Shown here one piece after another: positions 39,904 to 47,966 of a stretch of 59,791 nucleotides of DNA. The stretch spans positions 1 to 59,791 of the IMG/VR virus record IMGVR_UViG_3300049846_002562; one strand, given 5' to 3'. Within the stretch, counting starts at the first letter, position 1; each line of letters opens with the position of its first letter. Source of the DNA: a virus (lineage: Duplodnaviria > Caudoviricetes). A model generated the notes under the pieces. That model searched no databases. It saw nothing but the letters and a program-made list of their open reading frames with translations, and was not told the DNA's origin. The position numbers and the translations under genes are program-made.

Positions 39904-40203
39904 TCATTCGATAGGGGTCTCAAGGTTTTCTTCAGGAGTGGTGGTAGAAGGCTCGGCAATTTCGTCTTCGACTTCTTCGTCGAGCTCGGCTTCTACTTCT
40001 GGCGCTTTGGTTTTGTTTTTGCCACGCTGCTTGGCGTTAGAGTAACCTGACGCGGTGGCTTTTTTGACAGATTCAAGCCGTTCTTGTTCGGACTTGTGCT
40101 CGATCACCTGGATCTTACCGCCGTTTTTTACGAACGTTTCGATGTCCTGTTTGATCTGATCCGACTTAACTTGATTCACTTTGGCGAGGGTACGAGCTTC
40201 CAT
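39904..40203 (-). CDS. Hypothetical protein with acidic tail
   Basis: IETFVKNGGKIQVI motif, reminiscent of small SutA-like/phage proteins. Confidence 0.5.
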   Translation of the reverse strand: MEARTLAKVNQVKSDQIKQDIETFVKNGGKIQVIEHKSEQERLESVKKATASGYSNAKQRGKNKTKAPEVEAELDEEVEDEIAEPSTTTPEENLETPIE

Positions 40204-40588
40204 GGCAGTAATCCCATATTTCTAAGGCAAGAGTTTGGTGAGATACCGCTGTGGCGATAGGAGTTCCCATCGTCCACTGAAACGGCATGGTTTGAATAAC
40301 GACGGTTCGGTTTGGAAGTCCGACAACGCCCCAGACATTATTGCCTGTTTTTGCGCGCCGGCGCATCCACTCCAGCTGCAGCTCTGAAAAGTCACCGCGA
40401 ACAATGCCCGACCGCGGCATGCTGGTCAGGCGCTTGAATTCAATCCATAGGTCTGCTTTGGCACCGTCGTAGTACCGGTCAGGAGTGCCGTTCATTGACA
40501 GCGAGCCAAAAGTCATAGACTGGCTGTGCAGCTTGCCCAGCTTTTTGAGCTGGTTGTTGACGGCCTGGATGTGGGCTTTCTCGAGCAT
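40166..40588 (-). CDS. VRR-NUC/Holliday junction resolvase-like nuclease
   Basis: GTPD...WIEFK...SELQLEW PD-(D/E)xK motif. Confidence 0.75.
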   Translation of the reverse strand: MLEKAHIQAVNNQLKKLGKLHSQSMTFGSLSMNGTPDRYYDGAKADLWIEFKRLTSMPRSGIVRGDFSELQLEWMRRRAKTGNNVWGVVGLPNRTVVIQTMPFQWTMGTPIATAVSHQTLALEIWDYCHGSSYPRQSESS

Positions 40589-41166
40589 CAGATGTTCAGC
40601 GGCACGCCCGGGCCGACCAGCTCCTGCAGGGCTACCAGATAGGCGATCTGGTTGGCGGCGTCGTCGGCCGCATTGTGGGGAGTCCCTTCAAACGAGGGCG
40701 CCAGCCGGTAATCGGGGTCAAGAATGGCCCGAACGGTGCGGAAACAGCGCTCGTTGCCGTAAGACCACGGTTTCACGTGGAACAAATTGGTCAAAATCGG
40801 CAGGTCGAACATGGCCGGCGCTGCCCAGACCAGCGGATCGTACAGCTGGATAATGCCCTGCAGGTGCTCAAACAGGTGTGTTGGGTGGATGGTGGGGTAG
40901 GTATCGCCAAACACGGCGTCCTGAGCCTGCTTGGACTGCTTAGACCACCATTTGAGGGTGGAAGGGCAGATGTGGGCGTGCTCTTGGCCGTCGGCGTGTA
41001 CGCCGTACGTGCCGTGAATCAGGGTTTCACGCTTGTCGAAGTCGTACAGCACCCAACCGATCTGGGTTACAAACGCCGTCGGTTGGGTCGACAGGGTCTC
41101 CAGATCGATCATCAGGGCGTAACGCTTGGGCTTTTTGGTGAAAAGCGTCGAGATAGAATCAGACAT
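40588..41166 (-). CDS. DEDD 3'-5' exonuclease (DUF5051/Rv2179c-like)
   Basis: MIDLETL, FDLPIL, RCFRT and HNAADDA motifs. Start at MSDSIS. Confidence 0.85.
   Translation of the reverse strand: MSDSISTLFTKKPKRYALMIDLETLSTQPTAFVTQIGWVLYDFDKRETLIHGTYGVHADGQEHAHICPSTLKWWSKQSKQAQDAVFGDTYPTIHPTHLFEHLQGIIQLYDPLVWAAPAMFDLPILTNLFHVKPWSYGNERCFRTVRAILDPDYRLAPSFEGTPHNAADDAANQIAYLVALQELVGPGVPLNI
40769..40784. promoter_or_regulatory. parS: parS-like site 1 (GGTTTCACGTGGAACA)
   Basis: One mismatch to the consensus TGTTNCACGTGNAACA. It lies inside the exonuclease CDS, encoding LFHVKP. Confidence 0.7.
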
Positions 41167-41455
41167 TGCCGGGATTCTCCACAATGTACCAGTCGTAGGC
41201 CGCCATGTCGCCATGGCTGGCCAGCCAAACGCCAACAGAACCGTCAGCGTAGCGCATGTCGTAGTGCGGCCGGTAGGTGATTTCAGTGCCTTCGGGGAAA
41301 ATGCCCAGAAGGGGCGGGCGATTCACGACAAACGTCGATCCTGGCACTTTGAATACGAACATGCCTTTGCCGTTCCAGCCAGCGCGGGCCATGCAGAGCC
41401 CGTTATTGAGCATGTTCATGGCTTGTGAGAAGGTGTAGTAACCGTCAGAATTCAC
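41159..41455 (-). CDS. DUF2829/Tad2-like anti-defence protein
   Basis: F..A...L..G..M.RAGWNGKGM and W.ASH.DM.A.DW signature, with an AGGAG RBS. Confidence 0.8.
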   Translation of the reverse strand: MNSDGYYTFSQAMNMLNNGLCMARAGWNGKGMFVFKVPGSTFVVNRPPLLGIFPEGTEITYRPHYDMRYADGSVGVWLASHGDMAAYDWYIVENPGNV

Positions 41456-41463
41456 GTGAAACT
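41448..41463. promoter_or_regulatory. parS: Degenerate parS-like site 2 (GAATTCACGTGAAACT)
   Basis: TTCACGTGAAAC core with one good half-site, overlapping the start codon of the Tad2-like gene. Confidence 0.45.
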
Positions 41464-41466
41464 CCT

Positions 41467-41499
41467 AAAAAAGCGGCCTGTTCCACGTGGAACAGGCCG
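41467..41499 (-). terminator. Rho-independent terminator whose stem contains parS
   Basis: 26-bp palindrome CGGCCTGTTCCACGTGGAACAGGCCG followed by CTTTTTT on the - strand. Confidence 0.75.
41479..41494. promoter_or_regulatory. parS: Perfect parS site 3 (TGTTCCACGTGGAACA)
   Basis: Exact 16-bp palindrome matching the chromosomal ParB-binding consensus. Confidence 0.8.
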
Positions 41500-41576
41500 G
41501 TTGGGGGAGCAAATACCGGCCAGAAGGGATGGGGGGCATCTGCCGGCGTGCTTGGGGCACAGCGCTCCCGAAAGGC

Positions 41577-41924
41577 TTAGGCGGCTTTGTCTTTGCCTTG
41601 GAGCTTGGCCAGCTTGGCTTGAGCCACCTGGACAGCGCCGTAGGCCGAGTTATGGACTTTCCGCGCTTGGCTGAGCTGTTCTGAAGCTTCTTTCAGACCC
41701 AGTTTCAGGGTGCTCAGATTGGCTTTGACATCAGCGATCTGGGCTTTCTTGGCGGCAGCGGCGGCTTTGGCTTTTTCAGCGGCAGCAGCGGCTTTGGCTT
41801 TTTCCTTGGCGGCTTTGTCAGCGGCTTTGGCTTTGGCCTTGATTTCGGCAGCGGACGGGCCGGCTTTCGGGACGCGTTTGGCGGCGCGCGGGGCGACGTT
41901 GGTGACAGCGGTATCGAGACTCAT
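41577..41924 (-). CDS. Lys/Ala-rich histone H1-like basic protein
   Basis: KAKAKAADKAAKEKAKAAAAAEKAKAAAAAKK, with an AAGG RBS. Confidence 0.65.
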   Translation of the reverse strand: MSLDTAVTNVAPRAAKRVPKAGPSAAEIKAKAKAADKAAKEKAKAAAAAEKAKAAAAAKKAQIADVKANLSTLKLGLKEASEQLSQARKVHNSAYGAVQVAQAKLAKLQGKDKAA

Positions 41925-41954
41925 GGCTTATTTACCTTGTATTTTTGGGGAGAA

Positions 41955-42749
41955 TTACCGGCGACGGCCGGCGGTGGTGCCACGGACGGGTGCCCGCGGT
42001 TTGGCTTTCGGAGCAGACTCCACAGCGGAGTAGTCCGGCTTGCGCATCAACAGGTCTTCGCATTCCGCACGACGGGCAAAATTTGCCGCATAGTCCGGGT
42101 TCGGGACCGGGTCGACGAACGAGATTGCCGCGTACGTGCCGGCGTTTTTGGCAGTGACCGATACGATCGCTTTGATCGGCGGGCCACCCAAGGAACGCAT
42201 CACGTAGCCCACGAAGCCGTCAAACGATTTGATGGCGGTAGGCGGCAGCGACATGGTGTAAATCGGAGCAGACGGATCCAGGTGAGCTTGGTCGTCATTC
42301 GGGTCGAGCAGCAGCACGGCAAGTTCACGGGTGTTCTTGCAGGCTTTGCCTTTGCCGTTGGCTGCAGAACCGAATTGATTCAGTTCGCAGGTGGAGCACT
42401 TGTCGTTCATTTTTTCCGGCGACAGGTCGTCAGGCACCATGTCATTGAGCGACCGGCCGAGCGAGAAGCAGTCGGGCGGGGAAATGACGTTCGGGTTGTA
42501 GGCGCTGGCGTAGTAACGGTTGGCCGAAATGAAGTCGAGTACAACGACTTGAATTTCGTTGCCGAGCGTCTGCCCGTCAGGAAGTTCAATGTCGCCACTG
42601 GCTTGGAATTTGATCTTGTTGCCGGACGGCTGAGAGATCTGCGATTTCATCGCTGCGATTTCGTTGGCCAGTTCTGCGTCAACGGTTGCGATGGAAGTGT
42701 TGCCTGCACGCTTTGCAACGGCAGTGGAAGGGGCTTTCTTTGTTGCCAT
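41955..42749 (-). CDS. Putative ssDNA-binding/annealing protein
   Basis: AAGGAG RBS and strong codon bias. YY...Y.P....PPDC and C..C..NQFGS...GKACKN motifs of a widespread phage replication family. Confidence 0.55.
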   Translation of the reverse strand: MATKKAPSTAVAKRAGNTSIATVDAELANEIAAMKSQISQPSGNKIKFQASGDIELPDGQTLGNEIQVVVLDFISANRYYASAYNPNVISPPDCFSLGRSLNDMVPDDLSPEKMNDKCSTCELNQFGSAANGKGKACKNTRELAVLLLDPNDDQAHLDPSAPIYTMSLPPTAIKSFDGFVGYVMRSLGGPPIKAIVSVTAKNAGTYAAISFVDPVPNPDYAANFARRAECEDLLMRKPDYSAVESAPKAKPRAPVRGTTAGRRR

Positions 42750-42754
42750 GTGAC

Positions 42755-43141
42755 TTACTCCTTAGAGACTTTGCGGACGGAGAGCTTAACCTGAGTGAAT
42801 TCGCCCAGACCAGGAACATCTTTGCCTTTGAGCGATTCTTTCATTTCAGCGTATGCTTTTGAAGAAATGCGACGCTCAAACAGGTGAAGCGCTTTCTTGC
42901 GGAGAACGAAAGTACAGAACGCTTCGTAATCGACAAGTTGGGGTTTGACGCTCCTGGTAATTGAAATTGTATCATATTTTCCGCGAAAAGCATCAAGACT
43001 TTGCGCTTCCATTGCGTTGATTAATTGCGATTCCAAATCGCGTTTTTCGTTCTCGATTTCTTCGACGGCTTTGTTGGCTTTTTCCAATTTGGCACGGATG
43101 TCATGCAGTTTATCGGCGAGATCGCCCAAGGCTGTGCTCAT
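42755..43141 (-). CDS. Conserved phage replication-region protein
   Basis: N-terminal coiled coil and LFERRIS...VPG motif; directly upstream of the SSB-like gene. Confidence 0.6.
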   Translation of the reverse strand: MSTALGDLADKLHDIRAKLEKANKAVEEIENEKRDLESQLINAMEAQSLDAFRGKYDTISITRSVKPQLVDYEAFCTFVLRKKALHLFERRISSKAYAEMKESLKGKDVPGLGEFTQVKLSVRKVSKE

Positions 43142-43335
43142 TTTTTTCTCTCAGGGTTGGTATGTTTGTTGTACGCGGTTAGCAAGCTCACTTTGTTGCC
43201 TTTAGTGAGCTTGAGTTTGTCCTGTTCGGACGGTTTGCCTTCGCTGGCTTGCTTGTAACCAAGCGCGTAGGCTTCGCTGGAAATGCGCTCGATCAGTTCA
43301 TGTACGAATTTCCAGTCAGTTGCATTAAGCGACAT
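43138..43335 (-). CDS. Hypothetical protein (start MSLNATD)
   Basis: Overlap-coupled with both neighbours. Confidence 0.45.
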   Translation of the reverse strand: MSLNATDWKFVHELIERISSEAYALGYKQASEGKPSEQDKLKLTKGNKVSLLTAYNKHTNPERKK

Positions 43336-43741
43336 CGGAATATTCCACTTTTCCTGTCCACGGGGCTGCCCAGTAACGCACGCCAAGCTCGGCGTACTCA
43401 AATTCAAATCCGCCGGCATAGCCGACCCAGCGTACCCGGCTTGCACCCGGCGGAATTACGACGGTAGCTACGGCGCTGTGGTCAATGCTCAAGTATGGCG
43501 TCGCGCCGGCAATAACGTCGCGGACGGCTTCGGCAATGTCGGGATAGCGGTCTTCGACTTTGCCTTTGAGCATGTCTTCCAGGTTTTCGACAAGATCGTC
43601 ATATTTGCGCTTTTCCGTGGCAATCAAATCACGGCAGTCTTCACGGGCTTCTTCTAGTTCTTGACGCGCGAAAGTCAATGAATTTTCGAGATCTTCAATA
43701 TGAGCAAGTAGGTCCGTTTTGGTCGGTTTTTTTGTAAGCAT
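43325..43741 (-). CDS. Hypothetical coiled-coil protein
   Basis: Contiguous - strand operon with a GAGG RBS. Confidence 0.55.
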   Translation of the reverse strand: MLTKKPTKTDLLAHIEDLENSLTFARQELEEAREDCRDLIATEKRKYDDLVENLEDMLKGKVEDRYPDIAEAVRDVIAGATPYLSIDHSAVATVVIPPGASRVRWVGYAGGFEFEYAELGVRYWAAPWTGKVEYSDVA

Positions 43742-43744
43742 CAG

Positions 43745-44272
43745 TTAGTCCTCGACAAAAGTGATTTCAAGCACGTCAAAATTGTATACATTTTGGTCAG
43801 ATACACTGATACGGTCACGTGCCCACTCACCGACGTGCGGGTTGTCACCACGGAAATCACCGCCGCCGCGTCCGTTACCTTCACAAGTCAGCAACGACAG
43901 CGGGTGGACTATCCACAGATCGAGTTCGTCTTTAGGAATAGCAACTGCCAATTTTTTGTCGTGGTTCAACACCCATTTGGCATCGACAGGTTTTTCACCG
44001 TATTGGAATGGCAGGATTTCTTCAGTTGCCAGACGGCGCTCTGCCAAAGCGTATAAATTGATCTGCGTATCAGGTTCATCGTCAGCGTAATCACCGGCCC
44101 AGACAACACGTTGCGGATTGTTAAACAGTGCATGTTCCATGCGTTGCATAACAGCGTTGCCAACATAGCTGTGTTCCATCAGCTTTAATCCGTTGTCGAA
44201 CGCATGTGTATCAATAAACAGTGCAGGTTGATTATTCGCGTCCAGAATCATCGGTTTGTAATACTGTCCCAT
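43745..44272 (-). CDS. Conserved hypothetical phage protein
   Basis: MGQYY...GLKLMEHSY...VWAGDY...HPL.LLT..GNGRGGGD...G.WA.D pattern, with an AGGAG RBS. Confidence 0.7.
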   Translation of the reverse strand: MGQYYKPMILDANNQPALFIDTHAFDNGLKLMEHSYVGNAVMQRMEHALFNNPQRVVWAGDYADDEPDTQINLYALAERRLATEEILPFQYGEKPVDAKWVLNHDKKLAVAIPKDELDLWIVHPLSLLTCEGNGRGGGDFRGDNPHVGEWARDRISVSDQNVYNFDVLEITFVED

Positions 44273-44495
44273 CGTTGGGCTCCTGTGGTTTGGTTGAATG
44301 GATGTCGAAAGCTTCTAAGATCTGTTCGTCAGTCAAATGGCCGAAGCCGTTAGCTTGTAAGAAAAGCACTGCCAAAGGCACGGTTCCAAAGACCATGGGG
44401 TTGTTGTTGTCGTCCAACAGGTATTCGTAACCGTTGATACTGACGCCGTCAATCGGCCGGCGAACCAAAAATAACTCTTGTGCATGGGAGTTCAT
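44232..44495 (-). CDS. Hypothetical protein
   Basis: TAATG coupling with the polymerase stop; SING.EYLLD motif. Confidence 0.55.
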   Translation of the reverse strand: MNSHAQELFLVRRPIDGVSINGYEYLLDDNNNPMVFGTVPLAVLFLQANGFGHLTDEQILEAFDIHSTKPQEPNDGTVLQTDDSGRE

Positions 44496-46399
44496 TATTT
44501 ATCGTACCTTTGTGAGATATGGGCATCCACCGCAATAGGCAGACCGACAGCCCATTCAGGGCTGAGACTCATAATCTCGTTGGTGAGTTTGAGTGCTTTG
44601 TCTGCGTAGCGGTTGGGAACAATTTGAACAATTTCGTCATGGGTGGACATGACGATCTGTGACCAGGGCATTGCGTCTTCAATCATTACCATCTGGTGGC
44701 CGATGACGGAACGAGCAAGCGCCTGCGTATTGTTTTCAACGATCAATCCGCCGTACAGCTTTTGGCGCAGCTCAGTGACGTCGCCGGTACGCTTGTTGAC
44801 GGTGCGCTTGGTGACATACGTAAGATCTGCACCACCCTGCACACCGTCGTAGCGGATGTACGTGCCATCTGGCAACACGGTAATGCCGCGTTTGCCATCG
44901 CCTTGGTAAGTGACGAATTCATCATCAACACTGCGGCCTTGGATAAACGCGTCGGTCATCAAAGTCTGCTGGGTTTTCCAGTTGGTAACAATCTTGTGGT
45001 TGGCCTGTCGCCACGCGTTCACAATGGCGTAAGCTTCGTTGTCGCTAATATCAAGCGGGGGTCCAAACGCGCCGACACGCAGCATTTCAGCGTATCGCAT
45101 TGCGCCGGCACCGTAACCGAGTGCCAGAACGGCAACCTTGCCGACAAAGCGTTCCAGTTTGTCTGCGGGCGTGATGGTGCGACCGTAAATCTTACTGGCA
45201 GCAAGGCAGTATACGTCTTCTCCGCGAGCGAACGCGTCGACGATGTCTTGCTGATACGCCGTGTACGCATTCATCCGGGCTTCAATCTGCGAGAGATCCG
45301 CGATGATAAGTTTGTGAGTGGAAGGAGCGTAGATAGCGGTACGCATATCGGAGCCCCGGGATAGATTCTGCCAGTTGGCTTTGTCACCGCCCGACCAACG
45401 GCCGGTTTTGGCACCCCAGTAGTTGAGATAAATCGGTTGTACGCCGTGCGTCGAGCGTACGGCCATGCGTTTGGAGCGCGTTTCGACCGTGCTGCTTTTA
45501 AGTGCAAAGCGAGCTTGTACCAGCGTGCGCAGCTCAGGGTCTTCGTGGGACAGCAGTTTCTTGAATTCCAAGTCGCTTTTGGACAGCGCCATGGCGTCTT
45601 TGCCGGTCGTTTTGCTGATTTTGTACGGGACGCTGTAGCCCAGTTCGTTCATCAGTTTGGCGAATTTGTCGTTACTGACCAGCTCGCCGGCTTCGATGGG
45701 GCGTTTGAATATTTTGCTGACTTCATCGACTTGGCTGGCTTTGCCTGCGATGGTGTCGTCGTGCAGCTTGCTGACCAGCTCGGTGTCGATCATCAGCCGC
45801 GGTTGCGCGTACATCTTGATCGTGGTGTTGATCAGCCGCAGTTCCTGGGGGATGGTGTGCGGCAGCAGACGGTCAAACAGGAACCAGCAGTCTTCGATGT
45901 CGTCACCGGCGTACGGAGCCAGTTCGGCATATTGCTTTTTAGTCAGCACGCGTATGCCGTCAACGTTGGTCAGCGCGCCGGCTTTCTGTTTAGATTGCCG
46001 GCCGAACGCTGCGCACAATGAGAACAAGCTCATGTTGACGCCGACGGGCATGACGGGGCGCGCCATGGATATGGTGTCGAAGTACGCTTTGGCTTTGACT
46101 TTGAAGTGCCGGCTGGCGATCAAGCCATCAAATTGAGCATGATGTGCCAGGATACCGGCGCGTTCCCAGTTAATACCTGCAGCCCAGATTTTGAATTGTG
46201 CCGGCGTCATGACGCGCGGCTTTGCCCAGCCGTTTTTCATGACGGCAACCATGTGCGCATTGAAGCGCTTGTCAAAGATGTATTCCGTAGTCGCCATGCT
46301 TTTCAGGGAATACTTTGACTTGGTGCAGTAGTAAGTTTCCCAGTCGATGCCGTAAATGGCGTCGATGTCAAACAGCTTCAGTACATCTTTAATTTCCAT
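44495..46399 (-). CDS. DNA polymerase family A with 3'-5' exonuclease
   Basis: Exonuclease DWET and HHAQFD, TGRWSG, motif A DLSQIEAR, motif B RFVGKVAVLALGYG and motif C THDE. Confidence 0.95.
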   Translation of the reverse strand: MEIKDVLKLFDIDAIYGIDWETYYCTKSKYSLKSMATTEYIFDKRFNAHMVAVMKNGWAKPRVMTPAQFKIWAAGINWERAGILAHHAQFDGLIASRHFKVKAKAYFDTISMARPVMPVGVNMSLFSLCAAFGRQSKQKAGALTNVDGIRVLTKKQYAELAPYAGDDIEDCWFLFDRLLPHTIPQELRLINTTIKMYAQPRLMIDTELVSKLHDDTIAGKASQVDEVSKIFKRPIEAGELVSNDKFAKLMNELGYSVPYKISKTTGKDAMALSKSDLEFKKLLSHEDPELRTLVQARFALKSSTVETRSKRMAVRSTHGVQPIYLNYWGAKTGRWSGGDKANWQNLSRGSDMRTAIYAPSTHKLIIADLSQIEARMNAYTAYQQDIVDAFARGEDVYCLAASKIYGRTITPADKLERFVGKVAVLALGYGAGAMRYAEMLRVGAFGPPLDISDNEAYAIVNAWRQANHKIVTNWKTQQTLMTDAFIQGRSVDDEFVTYQGDGKRGITVLPDGTYIRYDGVQGGADLTYVTKRTVNKRTGDVTELRQKLYGGLIVENNTQALARSVIGHQMVMIEDAMPWSQIVMSTHDEIVQIVPNRYADKALKLTNEIMSLSPEWAVGLPIAVDAHISQRYDK

Positions 46400-46637
46400 C
46401 AGTGATTTCCGTACCAGTTAGGTCGCAGTCGTCTGCATACATGCGTGCTATTGGGTTACGATCTTCAAACTTGCGTTCGTACAGCTCGACTTCAATGCCT
46501 TCTTTTTTACGGCGTATGTATACCGAAAAATTACCGACGCCAAGCCACATGCTGCAAAAATCGCTGCTTTCTGCTTGCAGGCCGAGGACTTCAAAATCGT
46601 TATCGCCAAGATGTTCAACTTTCAATTGACTTGACAT
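46389..46637 (-). CDS. Hypothetical protein
   Basis: Overlap-coupled between the TIM-barrel gene and the polymerase. Confidence 0.5.
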   Translation of the reverse strand: MSSQLKVEHLGDNDFEVLGLQAESSDFCSMWLGVGNFSVYIRRKKEGIEVELYERKFEDRNPIARMYADDCDLTGTEITDGN

Positions 46638-47407
46638 ACCATATCCCGTTGGTTGCTTTCGCTGAAAACCGTAGTATACCGTGTGTCCAGTAAACTTTCG
46701 TTAAAAGCGTTCAGCCAAAACGGTGGGTTGTTTTTGAACAACAGCTTGTGCTGATCACGGGTACCGTCGTTGTCGGACACATGGACTTCGATGGTGTTTT
46801 TGTGCTCAAGCCAGTTGCGTAAAACAGCTTGCGTGAACGGCATCGGTTTGAGCAGGTTGAGGTGCGACAGGTCGAGCGCCACAAAGAACCCGCAGTCGTA
46901 AACTTTCTGATAGGCTTCCCAGGTGTCCATGTGCTGCGGCTTTGCTGCCAGCGGGTACAGGCCTTCGATACCGACAGGGATGTCGTTGAACAGCTCTTGA
47001 ATACGTGCGACGTTGTCAAGCATCGTATTAAAATCACAGTTTTCTTTGTACCCTGCGTGCAGCGTGTACGCCGGAGCGCCAAGGCGTTTACTGATAAACG
47101 CCATCTGCTCAAAGTACGGTTTGGTCATGTTGAAGTCGTCGCTGGCATCCCACTTGACGATGTGCGGCAGCACACGGACGTTGGCGTGCAGCCGGAATTT
47201 TGTGTTAGGGAATGTTTCAAGCAGCTGATCGACCAGTTCTTCGTCAACAAAGCCACGGTTTTGCGGGCAGAGCTGCATGTGGTCGGTGTAAATCGGCCCT
47301 AGCAGATCTTCACGTGTCGGATTTTCATGCAGAAGCTTGACAGCTTCATACATGAAAATGCCAGGAAGTGATGCGGTTGACGCGTTAAGCCGTTTTTGTG
47401 CCTGCAC
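46622..47407 (-). CDS. AP endonuclease 2/xylose isomerase-like TIM-barrel protein
   Basis: Metal-ligand motifs TLHAG, IEGLYP, LDLSH and EVHVSDNDG..DQH. Confidence 0.75.
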   Translation of the reverse strand: MQAQKRLNASTASLPGIFMYEAVKLLHENPTREDLLGPIYTDHMQLCPQNRGFVDEELVDQLLETFPNTKFRLHANVRVLPHIVKWDASDDFNMTKPYFEQMAFISKRLGAPAYTLHAGYKENCDFNTMLDNVARIQELFNDIPVGIEGLYPLAAKPQHMDTWEAYQKVYDCGFFVALDLSHLNLLKPMPFTQAVLRNWLEHKNTIEVHVSDNDGTRDQHKLLFKNNPPFWLNAFNESLLDTRYTTVFSESNQRDMVCQVN

Positions 47408-47954
47408 GTTTGCGCTCCTTACGAACGAGTTTGCATCCTGGCCATTTATCGACGGTATCGAGAACGGTGTCTTCGCGTTGCTCGTATTGGTACATGTTAA
47501 AGCTGCGTTCGCCAGTAGTCAGATCCAGTTCCCACGATCCGCCACCGCCGTCGTTGTTGTACCAGTCGTGGCCGCTGTCCATGGCTTCGCCATGTACGAG
47601 ATCTTCGATGAATTCATCGACGTTGTTAAACGTACGGACTTCAGTGTACTTTTGCTGTTTCATCGGAAACGTGCCATTAAACACGTAACGGACTGGTTCA
47701 GCTGTGCAGGTAATCGGAAACGCGACGTGGTTGAACATCGTCAGTTTGCCGATTGTGTAAGTGTCTGACGGGTCTTTTGTCATTCCCCACTTTGGCATTT
47801 CGTCGACGATTTCTTTACCGTCTTTGTCGTAGTATCCCGGACGATTGATGTCGCCGCTGTCGCCGCCACCTTGGAAAGTGACTTCGATGCGGACAACCGG
47901 CGTGCCGGTAAAGATTTGTTTGATCAGTTCACGTTGCTGCTTGGTAATAGGCAT
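47385..47954 (-). CDS. DUF6878-like protein
   Basis: EVTFQGGGDSG and DWYNNDGGGG motifs. Confidence 0.6.
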   Translation of the reverse strand: MPITKQQRELIKQIFTGTPVVRIEVTFQGGGDSGDINRPGYYDKDGKEIVDEMPKWGMTKDPSDTYTIGKLTMFNHVAFPITCTAEPVRYVFNGTFPMKQQKYTEVRTFNNVDEFIEDLVHGEAMDSGHDWYNNDGGGGSWELDLTTGERSFNMYQYEQREDTVLDTVDKWPGCKLVRKERKRAGTKTA

Positions 47955-47966
47955 GCTAAGTTCTCA

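Noticed and set aside
44495-46399. DpoZ/2-aminoadenine genome system
   Set aside because: No PurZ (adenylosuccinate synthetase-like) or DatZ/MazZ gene was recognised in the window.
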